A stretch of DNA of 64,000 nt from the human T2T-CHM13v2.0 reference genome, Homo sapiens (GCF_009914755.1 NC_060935.1), one strand, 5' to 3'. Counted from the stretch's first letter, positions 25,971-39,080 are shown. Numbers and translations: made by a program. Notes: a model not told the origin generated them from the sequence alone.

Positions 25971-27004
25971 AGACCTACTAAGGAAACCAATGGAAAAACA
26001 TAGTGGCGAAAAGAAATCTAAGTCCAGTGATCTGAATCCTGGTACCTCAGAGTCCTCTGTGGGTGTCCTGAAAGAGGCAACTCCACCATTGTCTTTTAAA
26101 TGCCAGTAAAATGGGACAGTGCCTGAGAACTAAAGATTTTCAAGCCCTGACCATGAACTATGAAAAGGAATGTTTCCAGGGCACAATTTAGGGAATAGAT
26201 GCGTCAGTGCACTTAATGACAGCCCCACAACCTGATCAAGTCCCTTCTGCCACCTTAAGGGACCCAAGGGTACATAAGCATGGGGAGATTATTTGAAAAG
26301 CTTCCTTTGAAAGGCATCTCTTTCTTTTGTTTTCTGGAAGTCAAAACATTTCTCTTTCAGACCCATCCTAACATTTAGCCATCAGCTCTATTGAAGTTAA
26401 GAAAAAGGTGAAGGAAGAGAATGAACATTTAGGCTCAGTATTTTGCATAGACAATCACCTTCTCTTTCTATGGTCCTACTTGGATGTGATGGTTCTCATT
26501 CAACTAATGAGGATGCTATGGCTCAGAAAGATCAAGTGACTTACCCAGGAACCAAGAAGAAAGTGGCAGGTCTTAAACTCCAACCCATGTTTTTGGGTCT
26601 CTAACATTGTTCTTCTTCCTTCCCCAAGCTGGGAAGAGAGTGCTTTGTCTTTGTAACCCTCAGAAGCCTCAGAAAATCACAGCAGCTGGAAAGACAGAGT
26701 CTGTCTCTCAGGTATTGCAGACTGCCCAGCTGACTGCAAGAAAGCCCCTCTATCCTCATGCTAAGTGGCTTCTTGTTCCTGTGACAGCAAACCCCACAAC
26801 TGTGACCCTGCAGCTGCCACAGGGTCCAGTTCTGTATGCCTGGTAAGAGGCGGTGGTGGTGGCGGTGGCGGTGTGGGGACCGAGGGAGGCGGGGACACAG
26901 GAAGAGTGTGGGAAGAAGCCTGTAAGCAACGATGTGGTGGACGAGGGGATCATCTTCTACAACGTGCCCGCTTCTGTTCTGAGTTGGAGAACTGAGGGAG
27001 AAAT

Positions 27005-27200
27005 ATAACGTTTACTGAACACCTACTATGTACCATGCCTGATGTTAAGCATGCATATATATATATGTAAGCACAGGTAGGTAACATAGCACCTCACAGT
27101 TTCTTCTTCTTCCCAGAAGAAGAAACTGAGGTTCCTAGGGGCTCAGGGACTTACCCAGCATTCCAGAGCTGATGTAGCCCAAGGCTGGGCTGACTCCAGA
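27005..27200 (-). mobile_element. MIR SINE
   Basis: 'gtttactgaacacctactatgtacca...agaagaagaaactgaggttc..gggacttaccca'. Confidence 0.7.
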
Positions 27201-27629
27201 GATTCTTTGGAAATAACATAAAAGTTTCCCATAGGAAAAGCTACAGTCTCTACAAAACTGTCCTTCTAGCTGGCAGAGAACCATCCCAACTGACCTGTCC
27301 CAGTGAACCATGTGACTAGGCACTGACCTCTTAGACACCATTCAGAAGCAGCTAAGCTGTTCAAAAGCCATGGAGAATTCTGGGCAAGTGGCAGCCTTCA
27401 CTAGATGAGCATTTTTGTTTTCTCCTCAATATATTTTTCCTTTTCCCTCATGGCATGTAGATTTCTGTTCCATCGTCTCCAGATCTGGTGCTACCTCCAC
27501 AGTTGGCACAAGGGTAGGAATAGAAGAAGTTCTTCAGAGCAGAGCTGGGTTCTTTAAGGATTCAAAGAGACTGAGGCTCAGCAGTGATGGGAGAGGCCTT
27601 TGCTGGGAACATCTTCTCTTGGAGACAGA

Positions 27630-28305
27630 CTTTCATTCATTCATCAAATATTTGCTAGGCACCTCCAACATCCCAACCTCAGTTACTGGCAATATAGAGC
27701 TTTTGTTTTGGTGGAGAGATGGCAAATTAAGCAGCAAACATAAAAGACATGAGGAGCTATGATAGAAAGTGGCTTTGAGCAGGAGCAGAGGTAAGTAGAC
27801 AGGAGGACTTGTCTATGCTGGGGGTGGTAGTCAAGGAAGACTTCTCTGAGAAGGTGGTACTTGGTCGAGGATCGAGATAACTAGAAGAAGCCAGCCATGC
27901 AAAGACCTGGGGCAGAGCAGTCCCAGCAGGAGAAGCACAAAGCCCCGAGGCAGGAAGGTGTCAGCTTTTTCCAGGAATACGAAGAAGGCCAGTGCATCAG
28001 AGGCTGGGTTAGCAGGGAAGGGAAGATGAGATCAGAAGTTGGCAGGGCAGGTAGAGTAGGCTGTGCAGGTCTCAGCAAGGAGTTTGGTTCTCATTCTGAG
28101 TGTTCTGGGAAGCCACGGGAAGGTTTTAAAGAAGGGAATGACAGCAGCTGATTTACATTTGTAAAATATCTCTCCAGCTGCCTGGTAAGGAATGGATCAC
28201 AGAAGGGTGAGCGGCAAGGCTGAGCAGAACCTGCTGAGAAGAGGGGAAAGTGGCATTGACTAAAATGGTAGAAGTGGAAATAAAGAGCAGTGGAGAGAGA
28301 TCCGG
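27630..28305 (-). mobile_element. L2 (about 670 bp)
   Basis: 'ttcattcattcatcaaatatttgctaggcacc', 'gaagacttctctgagaaggtg', 'aaggagtttgg..ctcattctgagtgttctgggaagcca.gggaaggtttt'. Confidence 0.85.
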
Positions 28306-28307
28306 GC

Positions 28308-28502
28308 AATGGTGTGTTGTTAAGTGCTTAATGACTGGCTCTCTAGGGGAAAAGCCCTGTTTGCCTATTTCCATGGTATAAACACTCTTACTGTGGCAGA
28401 CTTTAAGCTAGCAACATGGCATCACTGAAAGCAGAACTGGGAAGAATGGTATACAAGCAACTCTTGAAGCTGGTGTGAGCTGCCAATTCCAGCACACAAC
28501 CA
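28308..28502. mobile_element. MER63A-like hAT MITE
   Basis: 'ggtgtgttgttaa...tttccatggtataaacactc...ttaagcta.caac...ttccagcacac'. Confidence 0.65.
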
Positions 28503-28819
28503 GGTTCAGGGGTAGACTTGATAAGCCTTGCTAATGGACTGGCCATGGGAGTGAGGAAAATGGAAGAATTGATGGGGACTCCTAGGACTGGGACTTGAGT
28601 GATGCGAAGCACAGAGAAGCCACTTCCTGAATCGCTGGCCTCTGCTCAGTCCCTGCCTTCTAGAATCCTGAAAGGCAGGGGGCTAGGGGGAAAAGCACAC
28701 CCACTAGGCCCTGGGCTCTCTGAGAGTTGATCACAGGCCTTAATCCTCCCTCTTTCTCACCCAGCATTCAGCCTGGTGCACAGACAGAACTTAATAAAGG
28801 GCAAATGCAAGAACAAATG

Positions 28820-29080
28820 AGTGACCTCAGCTTCCTCATCTGTAAAACGGAATGGCCACATTAACACCCTCCAAGGGTAACTGTGAGAATCAAATGGGAA
28901 ATAATATAACAGCCAGCAGAGTCGAGAGCTATGTGGTCCACAGGCATGACATCAGGATCCGCAAATTAACCCTGTGAAATTTTACTATCCCTCCTGGCAG
29001 ATGAGGAAAGGAGGTTCGGAGCCATTAAGCAATGTGCCCAAACCCATCCAGCTAATGTGCAGCAGAGCTGGGATTCAAAC
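28820..29080. mobile_element. Inverted MIR pair
   Basis: 'cctcagcttcctcatctgtaaaacgg' (+) and 'cagatgaggaaa...gagctgggattcaaac' (-). Confidence 0.75.
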
Positions 29081-29819
29081 AGCCCCAGTGTCAGATGACA
29101 TTCTCAGCGCCTGGGGCCACCGCAGACAAGGCCAAGGGCTGGCCAGTTTCTGCTTTCTTACCAGGAGCAACAGAGACACGTGGGGTCATGAGGATATGTC
29201 GGCCATCCCTGCCTCACCAAGATCTGCAGATGAAACAACATGAATAAAGTGAAACTCAGGCAAGAGTTGGGAACCAGACGTTTCCCTCTCCTGGCCAGGA
29301 AGGAGGGAAAGAGAGGTCTTCCCTGGGGGCAGAAGAGGATTTGCTTGCCCTCTTTAGGATGAATGATTCAGAGTTAGAGAACTGTGTAGGGACGGAGGCA
29401 TGGCTGCCTTGCTGAGAAAAGCCCTGGTTGTGCTCAGCATAATGGCAACTGTGTTCCCCTTGTGGAGACGGGCTGACCTGTCCCTGACTGATAAGTGGAC
29501 TTTTTTTTTTTACCCCTTTGCACAGCCAGCATTTTTTCCCAGCCTGATATAGATGGAGGAGCCCAGGCCTTGGAGTAAGAGTCTTGAGTTTAGACTCCAC
29601 TCCCACTGCTCACAGCTGTGTGATCCTCAGCTAATGGCTCATATAAGCAACCTGCACCTCTGTTGTTGCCTTATCTGTAAAACAAAGGCACAACAGAGTC
29701 CTTGTCTCAGTGGGTTGCAGGGAGGCCTGGGTGGTGCTCACAGGGTGCATTAAGAGGACAGCTGGGGCGCCAACCACAGTGACCATGCCTTTCCACTCTG
29801 TGGAGGGGCATGCCCATGC

Positions 29820-29870
29820 TCCCCAACATCTACCGGATACAGTGTCCCCAACATCTACTGGATACAGTGT
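29820..29870. repeat. 25-bp tandem duplication
   Basis: tccccaacatctaccggatacagtg / tccccaacatctactggatacagtg, one CpG-type mismatch. Confidence 0.95.
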
Positions 29871-30289
29871 AAGGAGACTGTGGGAGGAAAACAAAGAGCA
29901 GGAGGGAAACTCAACTCACTTCTAAGTGTTATACAAACGTAAGTGACACATTAGCTCCCTCTCACCCTGGGAAGGCTATAAATTGTCAAGCCTAATGGCC
30001 CTGGTAAATCACAGTGCTTCCTGCAACCCCGGGCAGGGGAGCCTCGCAGGGGCTGAGAGCTCAGCCTACCAGCCTCTCTATTCAGGTGGAGGCTCCAGAC
30101 AGCATCCTTGCTTTGCCATGTAATGGCTCTAGTTCCAGCAGCCTCTGCTACTCATGCAGAAAGGACACTTGTTCTGAAATCAAAGTTGTCAAAGCCTGTC
30201 AGGTTTTGGTGCTCAGATGCACCGCAGCACAAATCTAATCAGCCAGAGGAGACAATGATTTGCATTACAAGAGGATGCTTTGCTTTAAT

Positions 30290-30500
30290 AATAATAGATG
30301 CTGTTCACCGAGCATGTACTCAATGTCAGGCACAACTCTGATCCTCACACAACCTGTAAAGTAGTTTTGATTATTATCCCCATTTTATAGCAGAGAAAAC
30401 TGAAACCAGAAAGGTGATGAAAGTTACCAGCTAGAAAGCAGCAGAGCTGGGACATGAGCCAAGGTAGCCCAATGCCAGAAGCCAAACCTTCAGCTATCAC
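30290..30500 (-). mobile_element. MIR SINE
   Basis: 'attattatccccattttatagcagagaaaactgaa'. Confidence 0.75.
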
Positions 30501-31009
30501 TCCAGGCTGCCATTTCAGTCCCGCAGTGCAGGAGTGGTTTATTTCCAGATTACAGGCTGGAATGTAAGGCTAAAATCCTAGAATTTAGCATGAAAGACTA
30601 AGGCCACAAACCAAATGGCTTCAGAGGCCAGAAGGCAGGTCTGTTCTCAGTCTCAGCTCCATGTGGCCAGGTGAAAATGAGGGCCCAGTCATCACATCTT
30701 TCATCCTTCTTTGTAATTAAGTTGAACAACTTGAACTGTCACATGAAATCTCTTTTAAAAAAAAAATAAGGCCAACCTTATGCCGGCCCACCGAAATCCA
30801 TCTGGGGGCTAATTGTGGCCATGGGGTAGCAGTTTGCAAGCTCTGCTCTTTGCAACCTCACAGTTTATAAGCACTCTTCCCATCTCACCCATTGCTTCAT
30901 TTTGTTTGGATATCCAATGTTGTTGTTCCCCCACTTCTCAGATAAATAAACTGAGACTAAGAGCTTAAGTAGACTATATATCTTTCCATGAATGATCATT
31001 ACAAATTAC

Positions 31010-31950
31010 TGAATATTAAGGACCTTGAATATACAGTCTGCACCTCTACGTTGTCCTGGCTAAGCAGCTCACAACTTCTGCTTGCTCACCTCCTCTGGTG
31101 CCAGGGATCTCACTCCTATGAGAGCAATGTGAATCATTTTTAAATTGTTCTAGTCTTTAGAAAGTCACCTAAACTTCAACCCGCCTGTCTCACTCTGAAA
31201 CTCTGGAGGTATACCCAATTCCCCTTCTACATGACAGGATTTGTCAACCTTCAACAGTGAATATAGCAGGGGAACAAGGTAGAAATTTCACTGAACACCT
31301 CCAAGGCAGGAAGTTCAGTGTTCAGTCCTTACCATACTTTTTATCACTGAATCCCTAGAAGAGCATAACACAGCAGTCTTCCCTATCCCCATTTGCAAAG
31401 ATGTTCGGGGAGACTGAGTACCATCCCCAAAGTCAAAGTTAATATATGATAAGGAGAACATTCAAAACAAGGTCTGTCAGATTTCATGGCCTGCCCATTC
31501 ATCCATCCATCCATCTATCCATCCATCCATCCAACCAACAAACATTCACTGAGAACCTACTATGTGCCAGACACTGCTCTGGACACTGAAATATAGATCC
31601 AACTTCCCCTCTACTTTGCCATCATCTTCTTTTTTAGGCAAAAATACCTGGGGTCTTTCATTTAATCTTTATGTGGTTGGTTTCCACACCATTCCTCTTT
31701 CCCAGCTTGTTTGAATGAACATGTGTCAACATCCCTATTACCCAGAATGGAAAGTGATCTTTGAGCAGAGCCCAGACAGGCATGTGGCTAGGAGTGACCC
31801 ATCCCTAACTTAGGGCTCTCTCCTTTTACTGACAGAGCCTATGCACATAGTAGTTTCTGGCGGCCTTCCCACAAGCAACTTTTCAACCAAAACCATAACA
31901 ATTGTTTTCACAGCTGCTGCTACTAAACCATGTCTGGTCTTCAGATATTG
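31010..31950 (-). mobile_element. Fragmented L3/CR1 remnant with MIR and L2-tail insertions
   Basis: 'tgcttgctcacctcctctggtgccagggatctcact...ttgttctagtctttagaaagt' resembles the CR1 3' end. Confidence 0.45.
31495..31595 (-). repeat. (TCCA)n tract continuous with an antisense L2 tail
   Basis: ccattcatccatccatccatctatccatccatccatcc then 'aacaaacattcactgagaacctactatgtgccagac'. Confidence 0.85.
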
Positions 31951-32899
31951 GGTTTGAAGGCCTAAGAAAAATGAAACTACACCTAATATCTATGAAGCCA
32001 ATTGTACGTAGTAAAGATTTTATCAACATCTTACATTTTGTATTACTATTTGCATTTTCCAGCAATTAAAAAGTAAGACTCAAAGAGGTGAAGTGACTTG
32101 TCTACGATCATCTAGCCAGTAAGTCATGGAGCTGAGATGTGAGCTCAAGGCTGTCTGGCTCTAGAGCCTGTTTTTTCCCTAATGGGTTTCACACTTGTAC
32201 CTGTTCAATTTCCTCTCCCTTGAAAAGGGCTATTGCTGTGGACTATTGTCTTTGATCTAATAAGCTGACAACACATTCTGCCTTTTCTAGCACACAGAAT
32301 GATCGTCTAAGTCATCTGTAGTTCATGAGAACAGCAACACCGAGCATGGCAAACATCATTGACTACCTAACTGGGCTTGTGGGACAAAGTAAACGGAATG
32401 AGAGCCCCAACAAAAACAAGCAACAGAATCAAAGAGCAGGTCCCAGCTGCTTTCCAGGTAAAGAACTGCTGCTGAGCAGGTGAATGCCTTACAGTGTCGC
32501 ATATAGTCTGGCAGGACTCAGCTGGACCTCAGAGTGGGCCCATCTGGAGATCCTCAATGATGTCTCTGAATGTGATCACCCTGGATTGAGGCTGAGTGCC
32601 CTGACCTAGGCCAGGTGCCAGGAGATGCCTGTACATCCACAGCAAGAGATACCAAAGAGCAACTTTCACCGCAGCCTTCAACCTAGAATTTCAGTCTGCA
32701 GGCTCCCCTCCCTGACCCACCATTTCTCTATTCCCTGAGCACTTTCTAACACAGGGTCCTGCAAAAACCTTTCCATGGCTGCCCAGCACTGTCAGGGTAA
32801 AATCCCATTCTCACTTCATGCTGCTAGAGGCTCCTCACAGCTGACAGGGGCATCCCTTGCCTGTCTCCAACCATCCTCAGGAAAAAACCCTATCTGTAG

Positions 32900-33135
32900 C
32901 TTAGCATTTTGCAAGATAGGTTCAAAGAAATCCTACTCCTAAAAGATAGTCTAAGTGTCCTGAGACATCAGTAAGTCTAGGAAATGCTGCCAACAATCTT
33001 ATGATCTTGAACAATCACAATGAACGTTAGCATGTTGCATATGACTGAGAAATCCTGTCATAAAGAGATCTGTTTCATTTTAAGCCTGAATTTCTTATTC
33101 TATAACAGAACTCCTAATCTGAATAACACCTAAGG
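32900..33135. mobile_element. Charlie4-like hAT fragment
   Basis: 'taagtctaggaaatgctgc...cacaatgaacgttagcat...tgagaaatcctg..taaagagatctgtttca'. Confidence 0.5.
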
Positions 33136-34479
33136 GAAAGAGGTTTGGATTAGTCAGTGATGTCACCAACTTCCCATGATTTCTTTCATGCCTTTGGGGT
33201 CCTGCATCATACCGTGCCCTCCAACAAATGTGTTATTCTTCTTTTGCCACCTTCAAAACTTATATTCATTCAAAGCCTAGCTCAGCTTACAACTCCTCTG
33301 AAAAATATTCCTGAAAACTCCAGGCTTGATTTTGTTCTTGCCTTGATAACAACACTTATCACAGGGTTTGTTACAATCCTATTTCCTTTTCGAGTGGGAG
33401 CTCCCGGAGGACAGGGATTGGGCCTGATTGTTTTCTAGAAGTACAAGTGTATGGCATAGTTCCAGGTTGATGTGGTTCAAGCTGGTTCTGCTACAGAACC
33501 TGACAGGTCTCCCGCCACCATGACTGGGGAAAGCCCCCTTCCCTTGGCAAGGCAACATGATCTCAAGGCAATAACTGCCATGCTCAAAGAGAGCCAATAG
33601 GTCACTTCAGGGAGATTCAAAATAGATGCCATCCTGCTACATCACTTGGCATTGCTAGGAAACAGCTAGTTTGCTATAAGGCAGGTTGATTAGCATTGCG
33701 GAGAAGACATAAACTAAGAAATGGCTGTATCTTCTCAAGCTGCCCAAACCATCCATCGGTACATTTGTATCAATTTTTTTGCATCAATTTCCTACTCAGC
33801 TTAGGGGGAAAGGCAAAGTTTGAAGTCAGGATTGAAGACTGCAGATCCTTCTCAGAAGACACCAGAGTACCTCTGATGTATGGGAGTGACTCTATAAGCA
33901 CTGAGACCAGAAAGGGACAGGATTAATTCATGAGGTCTGTTCCACCTCAGTCTTTCACATAAGACCTGTGTGCATCTTGGCTCAGGAGAAGCCTAGAGGG
34001 GACATGGTCTGGGAAAATGTTTTGCACAAAGAGGAGAGACTGCCAACTCCCCCGACTGAGTTATAGGAGCCCGCAGCTTGCAGTGACTAATTCTGCCTGA
34101 AAGATAAGGAGAGGTTGCCTAGGGGTCTCAAAGGGTAACTGGGAATCACCAGACTAGTATGGGATGAGCTCTTACAGACAGCAGACCGCTCCCTCCCTTT
34201 CAAGTGGGCCATCTGGGACCACTTCCTCTAAGCAGCTCTCTTTGCTGATTCCCTGTCTAAGCTCCCTGAGCAGTGTGCTAGATGCTTTCATGGAGGTTAT
34301 CACTGTTTATAGATGAGGAAGCTAAAGCTCAGGGGACTTGAATCCAGGCCTGACTAACACATGTGCCATGAAGTTAGCTAGATCTGAACTAAATGGGGAA
34401 AAAAAATGTAATTTTTAATCTTTGAATATTTTCCCCCCTCCAAGATGGAAGAGTGTCTTGAGGGGTGGGAAGGAGGTAT

Positions 34480-34985
34480 GGTTTAGTCCATAGAGCCCAA
34501 ATCATGTAGTCAGGGCATCCGATTCCACATTTGCTCCACCACTAACTAGCTGCATTGCTTTGAGCAAATCCCTGTCCTCCTCCAGGCCTCTAGCTTCTGA
34601 TCGGTTAAATGGGAGTAACAAGAGCCATCTCGCATACTTACTTCCCTAGGTATTAGATGACAGAGGAAAAAGAGTATTAAATGATAGAGGTATTAGATGA
34701 GAGAGGAAAAAGGGTCTGTTATAAAAGGTATAACAGACTATGCAATAGCCAGCACATAGTAGGTGTTCAGAAAGAATCGGCTGGTTATGTGCTTATAAGC
34801 TATTACCACAATGCAATAAGGAACCTAGAGAGCCAGGATTGGGCTCCATTTGCTTTCTATCACTTTGGGCAAATTACTTAATCTCTCTAAGCCTCATTAC
34901 TTCTATCTGTAAAATGGGAATTACAATGCCACTTTGAAAATATTGCTATGAACATGCAATAATTAAGGTATGTAAAGACCCAGGC
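34480..34985 (+). mobile_element. Two tandem MIRs; the first has an internal tandem expansion at 34649-34712
   Basis: 'ctttgggcaaattacttaatctctctaagcctcattacttctatctgtaaaatgggaat'. Confidence 0.8.
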
Positions 34986-37799
34986 CCAAAAGGATGTAAC
35001 ATATTTGAGTTTCTCTCTACCCCCCTGCCCTTTTTCTAGAACCATTAGAAGGCAGAGGCATCCTGCTAGCTGTCTGTCACTCCTGCTGGTCAGTGGCCCA
35101 GGAGGCCCCCAGTTGCTGGGATTGGGCAGTGTTCACATCGACATTTACTGAATTGTGCCCTGCAGGATGAGACAAACTGTAATTTCCAAGGCTGAGACCC
35201 AGCCCCACTCAGGGGCACAGCATGGAACCACTTTGAGAAATCCACATTCAAGGCACAGTCTCCCCAGGCCCCAGGGAAATGCAATAGCCGAGGGGACAAG
35301 GAGGTTACCAAGCTAACTGTTCCTGATTAAAGCAACTGGCCTAAAGCCAGCAAAGCTAGCCTTTGAAAAGTTTAAGTTTTGTCAGCAACTATTGCATCTT
35401 GCATCCACGTAGCAACTTACAATTTACCAAAGCCTTCTGTAAACAGCAATCACTCAATAAATCCTTTCAATATACAAGGAATCGGCCTGCCAGAGGCTTT
35501 TTAGAAAACCCCACATTACATTGGTCAGGGCAGACTGGGAGGAGCAGATGTTTGATGGCAGCTGCATAACAACATTTTCTTGTAAGAGAAACTGTTCCAT
35601 CCACAGCCCAGCCATGTGTATACCATGTGATCGTGCCTCACCGTGATCACAGCTGATTAGGTCAGAAGGGGGTACTTGTCCCTTGGAAGGTCCAACCTTT
35701 GGCTGTCCAGTGACCTGTGATTTGTCTCAATTAGGTTCTTCCTTTGAGGATTTGAAATTGGAATTGAGGAGCAGAGACTGGGGTAGTTACCAGAGGGGAG
35801 AATAGCCAGAAAGGGTTGCTAAGAGTTGTAGGTTATTGAGAAGGCCAGGGTAGGCAGGACGGACCTTCGCAAGGTAAAGCTCTGTGGACCATAACCTATG
35901 AAAAAGCAAAGGAAATGGGGAAACTGGGGAAACAGAGCCACATGGACTCCCTGGTTTCTAGCAACTTCCATTTTTTTGTTTTGGTGGGGCCATGCTACAT
36001 TGGAGTTCTCACCTTTGGACTCTCAAAAAGATCTCTGAGACCTTATTACAGCCATCCTTGCCAGAGTGGGTTTCTGCCCCATGCCATCGAAGGCCTTGCC
36101 AAGGACAGGGGCAAAGTGGGTATCGCTATCCACACTCTGCAGACAAGGAACCTGCAGCTGGGGTGGTACCTAGACTTGCTGGCATCTCACAGCCAGATCA
36201 GGGTCCTTCCTCCATGGCCCCTCACTGCTTTTGAGACTGTGAGAAGTTGTATGACTATCCACCAAGTCTCAGAGGAAGAGAGGGTCCTGCGCAAGCACGT
36301 ATTTGGGATGACTGCTTCTCAACTGTCTCTTCCCCTAGAATGTGAGTGCTGTGAAGACAGGATCATGCCAGCTTGGTGACTGCTGCACCCCCACAGGCTA
36401 GAGCAGGGCTTGCCCCAGAACAGATGCTTAAATATGTTTGTCAAATGAATGATTGAATCAATTAAGCAGTCCCAGCATGTTCCAACCACAATAAAAACCA
36501 GGGAGGTTTGCATGTCCTCACCTATAGACAACAAGAAGAGCTGCTGCATCTGAGATTCCAGATTCTAGTGGGGCAAATTTTCATTTCCTTCTCCCTTGGG
36601 AATTGTTTCTGAAAAGCAGCTGCTGTCAGCTTGGGTTCAACTCCCGTTCAGCACTGGGAAGTAAGCAGACCATCTAATCCTTGAAACGGGATGGCCCCTG
36701 ACTGCCACCCAAACAGCAGATTTGGAATTACCTCCTCAGCACCTCCAAGTGACCTCTGCCCTTGCCCAAATTGTCCAAGGGACCTGAGGTCATCCCTTCC
36801 ATCACTGGGCAGCCAGAGCAGGTGGAAAGTTGACTTTACACTAATTGTAACTTCTTTCACCTTAGCCCTGGCTCTAGGCCTGAGGGTCTCACAGAAGCTC
36901 CCCAAACTATCCTAAATAGAGTATGGAATGAAAAATGTTCTGGAATGCAGCCTAGGGAGACAAGAATTCCAAATTTTCTGGGTGACCTTGAGCCAGTCGC
37001 TTGATATTCCTGAGGCCAAAAGGCCTGAAGTCTTTGGCTGGACCTAGGTTCAAAGTCCCAGCTGAACCTTGGACAAGTCACACTCACGGAGCCTCAGTTT
37101 CCTCAACTGTGGAGGAGAATGCTGCCATCCAGCTGAGAGTAATGTCTGCTCAGGGCATCCAAATGGGCTTTGACTCAAGACCAACATGGAAGTTGAGTCT
37201 ACTCTGGAGATTGACTCAGTTCACTTTGGGGCTAGAAACCCAAAGGCTGAGCCTTGAAGCGGGAGATGATGGAGCTGTGTTGGCAACGCCTGCTCAAACC
37301 TCAAACACAACACAGTCACAAAGCTGGGGCTCTGAGTGCCAGGAAGATCCAGCAGAAAGTGGTTTTCCCTGTACTCCAACTCCAGCATCAGGAGAGTGGC
37401 AGGCCAAGCAGGGGATTGTTGGACGGGGCTGTCCTTTGGTGTCCCATTCCGTGATCCAGTGAGAAAAGAACAACAGAATCAATAGGCAGATGACACAAGT
37501 GCAGATGACAGAACACCAGACAAATCACTTGAATTCTGTGAGCATAGGTCCTCATCTATAGGGCCGGCTAGGATGCCTGCTCTATCTCCATCAAAGTGTT
37601 GTCGTGGAGATCAAACTTGGTAATAGGTCAGGAAAGTCCTGGTAAACTGAAAAGTGCTGTGTCTTTGAAAAGTATCACACTGCACAGTTTGGTTGCAGTT
37701 CTGCATCCTTCTTTATTTTATGAACCAGAGCCAAGGTCAAGGGCTCCTGTGCAGAGCTGGCAGGCCCAGCACTTGCTCCCTGCTCCTGTGCATATCCCT

Positions 37800-37905
37800 C
37801 TCTCCCTACTATTACTATGGAATCCTCATCATCCCAGTGAGATGTGCCTTATTATGCCCATTTTACAGATGAAGAAGCTGAGGCCCAGAGAGACCGAGTA
37901 ACCTG
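37800..37905 (-). mobile_element. MIR core
   Basis: 'attatgcccattttacagatgaagaagctgaggcccagagag'. Confidence 0.85.
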
Positions 37906-39080
37906 CTGGGTCCCATGGTTAAGTGATAGCTATAATCCTAGGGCAAGAGTCACAGGGAGAGAAGGAAGAGACATGAAGGAGCAAGAGAGGGAAAAAAAAT
38001 GGGAAAAATGCAATATCAAAAGAGAAAGATGGAGGAGAAAAGGGAGGAGAGGGAAAGAGAGGAGGAGGGATGAAGGAGAAAGAGTAAAGAATGAGAATAA
38101 ATCAGCCCTGTTGGGGGCACAGAGGGGACAGTGTGGGAAGCTGCCAAGCTGCTCCCCGTGGTTGGGTGCAGGATGTGGGGTAGGCAGACCAGGTATGGGT
38201 GGGGGCCACAGGCAGCCACGTGAGGAAGTGACAGGTCAGCAGAGCCATTCAGCTGAGCTACAAAAGCCTTCTGCCAGGGTGGTGAAAAAAATATTAAACG
38301 AGACTTCCTCGAGCTTTAGAAATTGCTGAAATACCGAGGCCGCAATGGAAGATAAAGTGTCCTACAAAGGGAGCTTCGAATGGAATCAATTTCCCTGGAC
38401 CAACTTTCATGTCCTATTACAAGAAATTGAAAAATTATTTCAGTGGAAATGTCACTTTGCTGGTCTACCTCTCCTGAAGATATTGAGAAGGAAAATGGCT
38501 TCCAATAAAGGGGCATTGGGTCTTGTCTTCCATTACTGGAGTTGATCCTCCAGGTGCTGTGTCTTGGGAGCCCAGCCCAGGGAGGTGGGGTCAGGGGGAG
38601 TCTGGAGGGCCCTTCTGTCAGAGCTTTGGTGCTGGCAGAGAAGGCAAAAAAATGGAGACAAATGTGACAGCCCCAGGGACCACCAGCTCTTGATGGCCAG
38701 ACATACACACTACAAGCTGGAAAATGATACTCTTGAGGCTGGCTGGACTGGGCTAGGGTGGAATGTCAAGATTTCCTGCACGGGACATCATACCACAGAG
38801 AGGACTCTGGCAGCTGCTGCCATAGCACACGTTTGCTTCTAGAGTCACAGCATAAAAGGCCTTCCCGCCCATCATTCCTTCTCTCATATCCACTTTTTCC
38901 CATTGCCATGAACTCCTTACCTTTCTCTATCCATGGCAGGCTTTCCTTCTATGCCTTGGTGCTCTTGCTTTGTTTGAAAGACCCATTCCTGCACAACCAT
39001 CTGGCAAACTCCTACTCATTCTTCAAGACCCATCTGAAATGTGCCTCCTTAGGAAATCGTCCCTGCACTCCCTCCCCTGG

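Noticed and set aside
26880-27010. Codon-like stretch (..NDVVDEGIIFYNVPAS..) as a coding exon
   Set aside because: No acceptor or ATG in front of it and no recognised homologue
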